This document shows positions 15,170 to 23,617 of a DNA stretch of 58,890 nt, one piece after another. The position numbers were made by a program, and so were the translations under genes. The DNA lies in assembly GCA_009777255.1 (NCBI GenBank), contig WRMG01000003.1, positions 1 through 58,890 on the forward strand, in the 5' to 3' direction. Position 1 is the stretch's first letter. The number at the start of each line of letters is the position of its first letter. The DNA comes from Oscillospiraceae bacterium. GTDB lineage: Bacteria; Bacillota; Clostridia; Oscillospirales; UBA929. Below the pieces are notes generated by a model, which was not told where the DNA came from, did no database searches, and worked only from the letters and a program-made list of their open reading frames with translations.

Positions 15170-16546
15170 CTACTTCAGTTTATCGCGGGAGAGATATTCC
15201 TTTGTCATGCCCATTACGACCTTGCTCAGCAGTATCAGCGCGATAAGGTTCGGAATGGCCATCAGCCCGTTAAGCGTGTCGGCGATGTCCCAGACAAGCG
15301 TGAGGCCGCCGATTGCGCCCACGACTATCAAGCCGCAGAAAATCAACTTATAACCCAGCTCCAAGGATTTGCTCTTGTTCGTGAGGTAGCCGAGGCACTG
15401 CTGCCCGTAATACGACCAGCTTATAATCGTGGAACCGGCGAAGCACAGTATGGCAATCGAAACAAAGTACGCTCCGAAGGTGCCGAAGGTGCCCTCGAAT
15501 GACGCGATGGTCAGCGGCGCTCCCGAAAGCCCGCCCTCATACAAACCGGCGGTGAGAATGACGAGCGCGCTGATCGTGCAGATGATAAGCGTATCCACAA
15601 AGACCTCGAAAACGCCCCAAAGCCCTTGATTGACAGGGTCCTTGTTCCGTGAAGCGGCGTGCGCTATAGGAGCCGAGCCAAGACCGGCCTCGTTGGAAAA
15701 TACGCCGCGGGCGACGCCGTAACGCATGGCGCGCATTATAACATAACCCATTATGCCGCCGCCGACGGACTGGAACGAAAAAGCGTTTGAGAAGATTGCC
15801 CCGAACGCTCCCGCCAGCTTGTCCGCGTGAGCGATAATGATAGCCAATCCGCCGAGGAAATAAAAGATTGCCATGAAAGGCACCAGCTTCTCCGTCACGG
15901 ACGCGATACGCTTGATGCCGCCGATGATAACCAGCGCGGTGAGCGCCGCGATGACGATACCTGTGGCCAGCGGGGGGATGCTGAAGGTGCTTTCAAGCGA
16001 GCCGGCTATGGCGTTGGACTGCGTCATGTTGCCGATGCCGAAGGCCGCGAGCGCGCCGAATACGGAGAAAATGACCGCCATCACCTTGCCCAGACCTTTG
16101 GATTTAAGCCCGTTTCTCATATAGTACATGGGGCCGCCGTGGTAGACGCCGTTCGCGTCCGTTTCGCGGTACTTGACGGCAAGCACGACCTCGGCGTATT
16201 TGGTCATCATGCCGAAGAAGCCCGACATCCACATCCAGAACACCGCGCCGGGGCCGCCGAGGACGATAGCCGTCGCAACACCCGCGATGTTGCCGACGCC
16301 GACCGTCGCGGCCATCGCCGTTGTGACCGCCTGGAACGGCGTGATGTTGCCGTCGATGTTTTTCTCGCCCTTTTTGCCTGAGAACAGCGCTCCGAAAGTG
16401 GCCTTCCACCAGACGCCGATGCGGCTTACCTGAAACGCGCCCGACCAGACGGTGAAGAACACGCCCGTGCCGACCAGCAGTATCAGCATGGGCGGGCCCC
16501 ACACAATACCGTTCAGCCAGTCGTTGAAGTTTAGAATACCTTCCAT
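15170..16546 (-). CDS. alanine/glycine:cation symporter (AGCS family)
   Basis: 458 aa, about 11 TM helices. The N-terminus and the GGPGAVFWMW and FSNEAGLGS motifs are typical of sodium:alanine symporters. Confidence 0.88.
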   Translation of the reverse strand: MEGILNFNDWLNGIVWGPPMLILLVGTGVFFTVWSGAFQVSRIGVWWKATFGALFSGKKGEKNIDGNITPFQAVTTAMAATVGVGNIAGVATAIVLGGPGAVFWMWMSGFFGMMTKYAEVVLAVKYRETDANGVYHGGPMYYMRNGLKSKGLGKVMAVIFSVFGALAAFGIGNMTQSNAIAGSLESTFSIPPLATGIVIAALTALVIIGGIKRIASVTEKLVPFMAIFYFLGGLAIIIAHADKLAGAFGAIFSNAFSFQSVGGGIMGYVIMRAMRYGVARGVFSNEAGLGSAPIAHAASRNKDPVNQGLWGVFEVFVDTLIICTISALVILTAGLYEGGLSGAPLTIASFEGTFGTFGAYFVSIAILCFAGSTIISWSYYGQQCLGYLTNKSKSLELGYKLIFCGLIVVGAIGGLTLVWDIADTLNGLMAIPNLIALILLSKVVMGMTKEYLSRDKLK

Positions 16547-16584
16547 TTGCTTCTCTCCTTCGCTTTTTTGAATTTATGCCAGTC

Positions 16585-16613
16585 ATTATAACACATGCGG
16601 CGGCCCGTGACAA
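16585..16613 (-). promoter_or_regulatory. promoter of the symporter gene
   Basis: Minus strand TTGTCA, 17 nt, TATAAT. The leader is only about 30-35 nt. Confidence 0.6.
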
Positions 16614-16693
16614 CTTTTTTTCAAAAAAGATCGGTCTTTTGTTAACGTGGCCGGATTTTTGTCCGATATATGGTAATAAAACCAAAAATGCAC

Positions 16694-16722
16694 TTGACAT
16701 AATATCTGACAGGCACTACAAT
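16694..16722 (+). promoter_or_regulatory. promoter of the J-domain gene
   Basis: TTGACA (16694-16699), 17 nt, TACAAT (16717-16722). Confidence 0.6.
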
Positions 16723-16777
16723 ATATCGTGTGAGATAACGAGGATTCTACACAAGACGTATAAGAGGGTGGGTTTTT

Positions 16778-18013
16778 TTGGAACGCTGGCAGGATCATTA
16801 CAGTGTATTGCAGGTGCATCCCGATGCCGAAATCGAGGTTATTCAAAGCGCGTATAAACGTCTGTGCAGAAAGTATCATCCCGACGTAAACCATTCGGAC
16901 GCCGCGACGGAGAAGATAAAGCACATAAATCTCGCGTATGAGGCGCTGTCCGACCCCGTTCAGCGGCGCGCGTTTCACGTCGAGTGGACGCGGCGCTCAG
17001 TCACGCGTCTGCCGGCAACGACGCGTGTAGAGGTGCGCGAGCGCGTGGTTTACGTAAATCGGACACCGTCTAAGCCCGCTCCTCCCCCCCCGCCTGTAAA
17101 GGATATGGGTACGCCCGAGGCGGGCGCGGTTCTGCGGGATTATTTTAATAAAATCTCGTCGAAGAATTTCCGCGAGGCTTTCGCGCTGGTATCCGATCTG
17201 GACAAAAAACGCTTCAGCTACGGCAGCTATGTGGAATGGCAGGAATCCGTGGCGGCAATCTATCAGATCGGCAGCTTTGACATCGAGCTGTTCAGGCGGC
17301 ACAACGACCTGAAGGCGGACAAGGACATTAAATACCGCGCGGAGGAATTTAAGGTCAGCGTTTCTGAAAAGGACAAGCTGACAGGAAGGGTGAACGAATA
17401 TTCGTTTACCAAGTTCGCCGTGTGTGAAAACGGCAAATGGCACATATATCTGGGCTACCGCGACCTGACGCCGCTGCTTGTACAGTTTAAGACCATGGCT
17501 TCGACACAGGAGGAAACCATCCTCATAAACCAATGGGACAGCTACCGCGAAACACACGACCTGACGCTGGGGCTTTTGAATAAAAAAGGGCTGGAGCGTG
17601 CCGCCGAGCCGGAGATGTACCGCCAGCGGCGCTATGACCGCCCGTTCTCCGTAGCGATTTTCAAAATAATGCTGCCCGACAGGATAACCGACGACGGCCA
17701 CCGCCGCCATGTCATGAAATATATCGGCTATATCATCAGTAAAAACGTGAGGCTTATCGACCATGTCGCGTGGCTGGGCGACGACAGCTTCGGCCTGCTG
17801 TTCGGCGAGTCGGACAAGCGCTCCGCTATTCTGGCGGCGCGGCGCATATTGCAAACAGTGATGCACGACGTCGCCGCCTGCTTTGACTTTGAGATTGACA
17901 TGAAGATGGGCGTCGCGCCCTATACGGGCGAGAGTACGGACGATATGCTGTCGCTGTGCGCGCGCACAATCAGCGCGTCCGGCGATAAGGCGCGGGCACG
18001 CGTGCGGGCGTAG
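16778..18013 (+). CDS. J-domain protein with a central NTF2-like-looking region and a C-terminal degenerate GGDEF domain
   Basis: J domain with HPD (YSVLQV...KYHPDVN...AYEALSDP), then a Pro-rich linker. The C-terminus resembles GGDEF (HDLTLGLLNKKGLE..., FSVAIFKI..., LGDDSFGLLF), but the signature reads GDDSF. TTG start after GAGGGTGGG. Confidence 0.8.
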   Translation: MERWQDHYSVLQVHPDAEIEVIQSAYKRLCRKYHPDVNHSDAATEKIKHINLAYEALSDPVQRRAFHVEWTRRSVTRLPATTRVEVRERVVYVNRTPSKPAPPPPPVKDMGTPEAGAVLRDYFNKISSKNFREAFALVSDLDKKRFSYGSYVEWQESVAAIYQIGSFDIELFRRHNDLKADKDIKYRAEEFKVSVSEKDKLTGRVNEYSFTKFAVCENGKWHIYLGYRDLTPLLVQFKTMASTQEETILINQWDSYRETHDLTLGLLNKKGLERAAEPEMYRQRRYDRPFSVAIFKIMLPDRITDDGHRRHVMKYIGYIISKNVRLIDHVAWLGDDSFGLLFGESDKRSAILAARRILQTVMHDVAACFDFEIDMKMGVAPYTGESTDDMLSLCARTISASGDKARARVRA

Positions 18014-18272
18014 CGGCGCGGCCCTGACCTGCGCCCGTGTGCCTGACGGGATAGCCGTGCGGGCAGTGCTTTTCGGCCATGTGCGGGCATGGCGCGGCCG
18101 GGGCGCTCTCCGATAACACGGCGGGGACGTCCGGCGCGGCTATTCTTCGGATATAATAGTTACCGGGGCTGTAATACATCGGACATTCCGTGTTATAATG
18201 ATAAACGGTAACTCCCGGCTCGCGTTTCAGCCGCCGAACGGTAAAGGGGCTGTCAAAATAAAAGTTGCTCAT
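17970..18272 (-). CDS. small hypothetical protein
   Basis: ATG preceded by AGGAGG with a 9-nt spacer. The Tyr/Asn-rich N-terminal half looks protein-like. The 3' end overlaps the convergent J-domain gene by 44 nt. Confidence 0.45.
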   Translation of the reverse strand: MSNFYFDSPFTVRRLKREPGVTVYHYNTECPMYYSPGNYYIRRIAAPDVPAVLSESAPAAPCPHMAEKHCPHGYPVRHTGAGQGRAATPARVPAPYRRTR

Positions 18273-18379
18273 CGCGCGATACCTCCTCTTAACAGCTCAG
18301 CATATGCCTGTAGGCTACAAATTGTTCGCAAACTTGGAGCTTTTAAGCGGATTTTACTTTTCCGTAACTTGGAGGGTTT

Positions 18380-18970
18380 ATGCGGATTTTAGTGGTGTCG
18401 GACAAGGAAAGCCGTTATATCTGGGATCATTTTGATAAATCGGTGTTCTCCGATATTGGCATGATTCTGTCTTGCGGCGACCTCTCGGCGCCTTATCTGG
18501 AGTTTTTGGTGACCATGGTTAACGGTGCGCCTCTTTTTTATGTCCCCGGAAATCATGACAAGGGTTTTGCAACCGCGCCGCCCGAGGGCTGCGTGTGCGC
18601 CGACGGGAAGATTGTCAGCGCCGGAGGGCTGAGGGTGCTGGGGCTGGGCGGCTGCCGCAGCCCGCACAGAAATATATATCAGTATACCGAGAGGGATATG
18701 GCGCGGCGTGTTAGGAGAATGAGGCGCGCTATAAAAAAAGAGGGCGGCTTTGACATACTGCTCACGCACGCGCCCGCGTTCGGGCTGGGCGACGGCCGCG
18801 ATCTGTTCCACAGGGGCTTTGAGTGCTTTGTCGGGCTGCTTGACACATATCAGCCCAAATATCATTTTTACGGGCATCAGCATAAAAATTATTCACATGA
18901 AAAACCGCCCGAAAGTTATAAAAACACGCAGCTTGTCAACGCGTTTGGCTATAAAATAATCGAAACATAA
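18380..18970 (+). CDS. metallophosphoesterase (calcineurin-like)
   Basis: Motifs ILVVSD, GDL, GNHD, LLTHAP, GHQH. Confidence 0.85.
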   Translation: MRILVVSDKESRYIWDHFDKSVFSDIGMILSCGDLSAPYLEFLVTMVNGAPLFYVPGNHDKGFATAPPEGCVCADGKIVSAGGLRVLGLGGCRSPHRNIYQYTERDMARRVRRMRRAIKKEGGFDILLTHAPAFGLGDGRDLFHRGFECFVGLLDTYQPKYHFYGHQHKNYSHEKPPESYKNTQLVNAFGYKIIET

Positions 18971-19088
18971 CGCTTTTGTACAGCTTCGACAAAAACACTC
19001 CTTTTTTTATGGCTATCTTGACCATTGACATATCACGCATTGTGTGGTATCTTGTAGCAGTTCCACATGATGATCGGGGGCGCATAAT

Positions 19089-19487
19089 GTGATAGGTAAA
19101 AGAATACGCGAGCTGCGGCGGGGCGCGAAGCTGACTCAAAAGGAGCTGTCCGATCACCTCGGGGTATCGGCCAGCGCCGTGGGTATGTATGAGCAGGACC
19201 GGCGTATGCCGGACATCGAAACAATCTCGGTTCTGTGCGGCATGTTCAATATAACGGCGGATTATCTGCTGTTCGGCAAGGGCGCGCCGTCGTCCGAGGG
19301 CGTGCCGGCGGACAGGTTCCTTGACGGCATAAGGCAGCAGATCGACCGGCAGAAGGGGCTTTTATATGAACAATTGCCCGGAAACAGGCAGAGATTCTTT
19401 TCAAACGCGGAGATGGACAAGCTGAGCGACGCGATTTATATAGGCGCCGCCATGGCTCTGGGGATACAGACAAGAAAGGACGATTAA
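19089..19487 (+). CDS. XRE-family HTH transcriptional regulator
   Basis: HTH_3 pattern IRELRRGAKLTQKELSDHLGVSASAVGMYEQDRRMPD. GTG start. Confidence 0.8.
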   Translation: MIGKRIRELRRGAKLTQKELSDHLGVSASAVGMYEQDRRMPDIETISVLCGMFNITADYLLFGKGAPSSEGVPADRFLDGIRQQIDRQKGLLYEQLPGNRQRFFSNAEMDKLSDAIYIGAAMALGIQTRKDD

Positions 19488-19493
19488 AAAGAT

Positions 19494-21104
19494 ATGAGCG
19501 CTTCACGTGAAAAACAGAGGAGAAAACAACAGGCGGCCCAAGGCGGCGCGGAGAATAAAAGGGCGCGCGCCGATATAAGCGCGGTTCTTTTCCGCAATCT
19601 GCTGGCCGTACTGTGCGTTGTGCTGGTACTGGCGCTTGTCGCCGTCATTTTAGTTGGGCAGGGTGTGCCGCAGCAGTATATTACCGCCGTTACCGCCGAG
19701 GGGCAGAGCATCACGGCGGCGGAGTTCAACTTCTTTTACTATGCCAGCCTGAATGATTTCTATAATGAAATGGGTTCGTTTCTGGTGTCTTACGGTATGC
19801 TGGACCCCGCCGTGCCGCTGAACCGCCAGGATTCCTGGACAGAGGGGCAGACGTGGCACGACTATATCGTCGAGGCGACTGTGAGCAAGATACATTCCAC
19901 GGTGGTATGGAGCGAATACGCCAAGCGCGAGGGCGTTTCGATGAACGAGGAGGATCTGGCCTTTGTCGAGGATATGCTCCGGTCGGCAAGGGAGAGCGCC
20001 GCCGCGCAGGGCGTGAGCGTTAACAAGCTGCTCAGCACAAGCTACGGCCGCGGCGTAAACGAGAACAATTTCCGCAGGTTTGTCGAGCGGCAGGTGCTGG
20101 CGTCGCGCTATGAAGCGCATTTATACGAGAGCTTTACCTTCTCCGAACAGGAGATAACCGAGCATTACAACGCGAACAAGGAGCTGTTCGACAAGGTTGA
20201 TTACCGCGAGTTCAGAGTGAGCCAATATGTCGGCGAGGCTGAATACGCGCGGCTTATGGAGGAAAACGATGGGGAGGAGATCGACCTGAACGAGCTGGTG
20301 GACTCCCCTGTCGGCGAAATCACATTCGAGGCGAAGCTGGCATATGACAAGGTCGCGGCGCTGGCGGAAAACCCCGAGCTGACCGAGGAGAGCTTTAACG
20401 AGCTGGCCGCCGCGCTCGCGGACGAGGAGTCGCGTCAGGCGTTTGAGGAGGATCCCGACCATACGCTTATAAAGGGCGCGTCGTTCAGCGGCGACGGCCA
20501 CGACCACGACGACACCGGCCATGACCCCGGCGACAATCTAAGCGACTGGCTGTTCGACGCGGCGCGCTCGCGCGGCGATGTGACCGTGATGGCCGACGAC
20601 GCCGACTATGTCGCGGTGATGTTCCTTGAGCGGATTGTCGAGGACGACCAAACCGTTAATATGCGCCAGATCGTGTTTATCCCCTCCAGCGACAACGACG
20701 CCGGATGGAACGACGCCGAAAGACGCGCCAACGCCCTGCTTGAAACCTTCGGCGGCGGCGAACAGGAGTTCATCGCACTTGTAAGGGACAACACCGCGGA
20801 CGTCAACACACGGCACACAGGCGGGCTTTATAAAGAGATGCGCCGCGCCGGCTTTGAAAACGACGAAGCCTTTGCCCAGTGGCTGTTCGATCCGGCGCGC
20901 GAGCCCGGCGACTGCGAGGTTCTGAGAAGCTCTTCGGGTTATCATATTATTTACTTCTCATCGTGGGGGCGCCCGTTCTGGCAGGTCAACGTCGAAAGCA
21001 CGCTGCGTAACCATGAAAACAACGAGCTGCGCGAAGAAAAAGCCGCCAATCTCCCCGCGCCGGGCACGAACTGGCTGGGCATGAGGCTGATTACGAGGGC
21101 GTAA
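19494..21104 (+). CDS. membrane-anchored peptidyl-prolyl isomerase (PrsA/SurA-like, parvulin domain)
   Basis: N-terminal basic region plus a TM helix. C-terminal parvulin-like region (GGLYKEM...SSSGYHIIYF). Confidence 0.7.
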   Translation: MSASREKQRRKQQAAQGGAENKRARADISAVLFRNLLAVLCVVLVLALVAVILVGQGVPQQYITAVTAEGQSITAAEFNFFYYASLNDFYNEMGSFLVSYGMLDPAVPLNRQDSWTEGQTWHDYIVEATVSKIHSTVVWSEYAKREGVSMNEEDLAFVEDMLRSARESAAAQGVSVNKLLSTSYGRGVNENNFRRFVERQVLASRYEAHLYESFTFSEQEITEHYNANKELFDKVDYREFRVSQYVGEAEYARLMEENDGEEIDLNELVDSPVGEITFEAKLAYDKVAALAENPELTEESFNELAAALADEESRQAFEEDPDHTLIKGASFSGDGHDHDDTGHDPGDNLSDWLFDAARSRGDVTVMADDADYVAVMFLERIVEDDQTVNMRQIVFIPSSDNDAGWNDAERRANALLETFGGGEQEFIALVRDNTADVNTRHTGGLYKEMRRAGFENDEAFAQWLFDPAREPGDCEVLRSSSGYHIIYFSSWGRPFWQVNVESTLRNHENNELREEKAANLPAPGTNWLGMRLITRA

Positions 21105-21123
21105 ACGCGAGGAGAGGATTTGT

Positions 21124-22023
21124 ATGGCAAAGATTCTTTCTATCGGTGAGATTTTATGGGATGTGTTCCCAGACAAAGAGATAATCGGCGGCGCGCCGTT
21201 TAATCTGGCGGTTCACGCGCGCGCGCTGGGCTGCGACGCCTATATCCTGTCCCGCGCGGGCTGTGACCGCCGGGGGGAGACCGCCGCCGAACAGGTGAGG
21301 CTAAAGGGCATTAACGGCAGGTATCTGCAAAAGGACGCGGACAGGCCCCACGGCACCGCCGTCGTCAATTTTACAAGCCCGGGGATCGCGGTTTATCATA
21401 TACCGCCGGACGGAAGCCATAACTTTATCGCCGCCGATGATAATACCGTCGCGGATATAAACGCCGGAGGGTTTGACATGCTCTGCTTCGGCACGCTGGC
21501 GCAAAAGGGCGAGGTCAGCCGCAAATCCATCCAAGCCGTCCTTAACGGCGTGAAAACAAGGCACAGGTTCTTCGACGTAAACCTGCGCATGGAGTTTCAC
21601 GACAGGGATGTTATAGATTTCTCGCTCGGCAGGGCCACGATTTTCAAGATAAACGAAGAGGAGTGCGTTATCGTTTCGCGGGAGCTGTTCGGCAGGGAGA
21701 TGCCGCCTGACGATTTCGCCGCCGCCGTGATAAAAAAATATAACACCGAGCATATGCTGATAACGCTCGGCCCCAAGGGCTGCGCCGTATACAGCGGCGG
21801 CAGGCGCGAAACATTCGCGCCGCCCGATGTGCCCGTAGCTGATACTGTGGGCGCGGGCGACGCGTTTTCCGCCGGATTTATTTACAGCCTGCTGCGCGGA
21901 GGCGACGCTTTCGGCGCCGCCGTGTTCGGGAACGCCATGGGCTCGTTTGTCGCGTCGAAGGAGGGCGCGACGCCCGCGCTGAATGTGGCGGAGCTTGAAG
22001 CGCTGGGAGTTAGGGTCAATTAA
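21124..22023 (+). CDS. PfkB-family carbohydrate kinase (fructokinase-like)
   Basis: GEILWDVFP...GGAPFN N-terminus and DTVGAGDAF ATP-binding motif. Confidence 0.85.
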   Translation: MAKILSIGEILWDVFPDKEIIGGAPFNLAVHARALGCDAYILSRAGCDRRGETAAEQVRLKGINGRYLQKDADRPHGTAVVNFTSPGIAVYHIPPDGSHNFIAADDNTVADINAGGFDMLCFGTLAQKGEVSRKSIQAVLNGVKTRHRFFDVNLRMEFHDRDVIDFSLGRATIFKINEEECVIVSRELFGREMPPDDFAAAVIKKYNTEHMLITLGPKGCAVYSGGRRETFAPPDVPVADTVGAGDAFSAGFIYSLLRGGDAFGAAVFGNAMGSFVASKEGATPALNVAELEALGVRVN

Positions 22024-22060
22024 CAATTAACAATGAACAATTAACAATTGGGAACTGTTC

Positions 22061-22192
22061 GTAGGGCGCGATGTCTTCATCGCGCCGTTTTTATTGCGAT
22101 GTTTTTATTGCGATGTCTTCATCGCGCCGTTTTCATTGCATTGTTTTTATCGCGCCGTTTTTATTGCGCCGTTTTTATCGCGCCGTTTTTAT
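22061..22192 (+). repeat. degenerate tandem array of hairpin plus T-run units
   Basis: GTAGGGCGCGATGTCTTCATCGCGCC at 22061-22086, a partial second copy at 22110-22128, then repeated (A)TCGCGCCGTTTTTAT(T) units. Confidence 0.8.
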
Positions 22193-22194
22193 AA

Positions 22195-22219
22195 GGGCGG
22201 CGGGGTGCCGCCCTTTTTT
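22195..22219 (+). terminator. rho-independent terminator
   Basis: GGGCGGC ggggt GCCGCCC followed by TTTTTT. Confidence 0.8.
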
Positions 22220-22286
22220 GTCGCGCTATGTCGTGTTGCGCCGTGATATGTTGATTGCACACATATTTGCCGCACAACGCCGTCCG

Positions 22287-23600
22287 CTATTTATAGTCGC
22301 TCAGATAGTCCTTGTTCGCCGCGAACATCTCCTCGACCATGTCGTGTATCTCCTGCATACTGGCCACGGCGGAGGTCAGCGGGTCGAACAGAACGGCGTG
22401 GAACACCTTGCGCTTGTCGCGCTCGAAGTACGCCTGCACCGCCAGCTCCTCGATCTGCGCGCTGATAGAGGTGAGCAGCGCGAGCTGCGGCGGCAGCGCG
22501 CCGACGTGTATCGGGCGCAGTCCGGCAGGCGCCGCCAGCACGGGCACCTCGACACAGCAGCCGTAGGGGAGGTTGTCTATAAGCCCGAAGTTGCGGACGT
22601 TGCCGTTGAACTCGAACGGCGTCTTGTCGCCGAACACGGCGTTGAAGATATACGCGGCGTATTCATGCCCGCGCTCGATGTCAACATCGTCGTCGTCCAG
22701 CCACTCCAGAATCTCATCGCGCCACGTATCCTCGCGCTCAAGATACTCATTGAGGATAAAGGCATACGCCCCGGGGTTCCAGCCCGTGCCGTGCGTACAG
22801 AACTTTTCGATCAGGTCGAGGCGCTTTCTGAACCACGCGTTATACTCCGAGTGGTGGCCCGACGACTCCGTGGTGTAGTAATCGAGGTGCTTGAACATCT
22901 CGTTGCGCACCTGTTCCATGTTAAGTATCTCGGGGCGGTTCATCGACTCTCTTATCTGCGGGTACGCGTCAACGCCGTTGACCTTAAAGTCCAGATAAAA
23001 CGCCTGATGGTTTATCCCCGCGCAGAGATATGTCACGTCGGCGGGGTTAGCGCCGATAAAGAACGCCAGCATTTCGGCGGTGCCCTGAACGCTGTGGCAC
23101 AGGCCGCTGAGGGTGAGGGATGTCTGCTCCTGCATGGCGCGGCACAGCATGGCCATGGGGTTTGTGTAGTTAAGCACTATCGCCTCGGGGCAGTATTTCT
23201 CGATGTCGCGGCATATATCCAGTATGACCGGCGCCGTCCTTAAAAAGCGGAAGATGCCCGACGGGCCGCGTGTATCGCCCACGTTGGTGTCAATGCCGTA
23301 TTTCTTGGGGATCTCGATGTCGTTGCGGAATACATGCGGCCCTCCGGCGAGAATGGTTATCAGCACGCCGTCCGCGCCCTCAAGCGCTTTGGCGCGGTCG
23401 GTTGTGGCGGTGACCTTCGCCGGATAGTTGCCGGCCTTGACCAGCTTGTTGCACGCGCGCTCGATGTAGTCCAGCCGCTCCTGGTTAATGTCCATCAGGC
23501 AGATGTGGGAATCCTTGAGCGCCGGAAACGACAGGATGTCCCGTACCAGCGTGCGCGTAAACCCAAAGCTGCCCGCGCCGATGAAAGTGATCTTCTTCAT
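22287..23600 (-). CDS. glycoside hydrolase family 4 (alpha-galactosidase/alpha-glucosidase, NAD/Mn-dependent)
   Basis: N-terminal Rossmann motif [13 protein letters not shown] and overall GH4-like sequence (NYTNPM, CHS). Confidence 0.85.
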   Translation of the reverse strand: MKKITFIGAGSFGFTRTLVRDILSFPALKDSHICLMDINQERLDYIERACNKLVKAGNYPAKVTATTDRAKALEGADGVLITILAGGPHVFRNDIEIPKKYGIDTNVGDTRGPSGIFRFLRTAPVILDICRDIEKYCPEAIVLNYTNPMAMLCRAMQEQTSLTLSGLCHSVQGTAEMLAFFIGANPADVTYLCAGINHQAFYLDFKVNGVDAYPQIRESMNRPEILNMEQVRNEMFKHLDYYTTESSGHHSEYNAWFRKRLDLIEKFCTHGTGWNPGAYAFILNEYLEREDTWRDEILEWLDDDDVDIERGHEYAAYIFNAVFGDKTPFEFNGNVRNFGLIDNLPYGCCVEVPVLAAPAGLRPIHVGALPPQLALLTSISAQIEELAVQAYFERDKRKVFHAVLFDPLTSAVASMQEIHDMVEEMFAANKDYLSDYK

Positions 23601-23617
23601 TGATAGTTACCTCCTTA

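Noticed and set aside
16547-16613. Glycine (or other) riboswitch upstream of the alanine/glycine symporter
   Set aside because: A consensus promoter (TTGTCA-17-TATAAT) leaves a leader of only about 30-35 nt, too short for a riboswitch aptamer.
19497-19515. Fourth parS-like sequence (GCGCTTCACGTGAAAAACA) at the start of the PrsA-like gene
   Set aside because: Only the central CACGTGAAA core and part of the left arm match. Several arm mismatches are present and it lies inside coding sequence. It is no better than a chance half-site.
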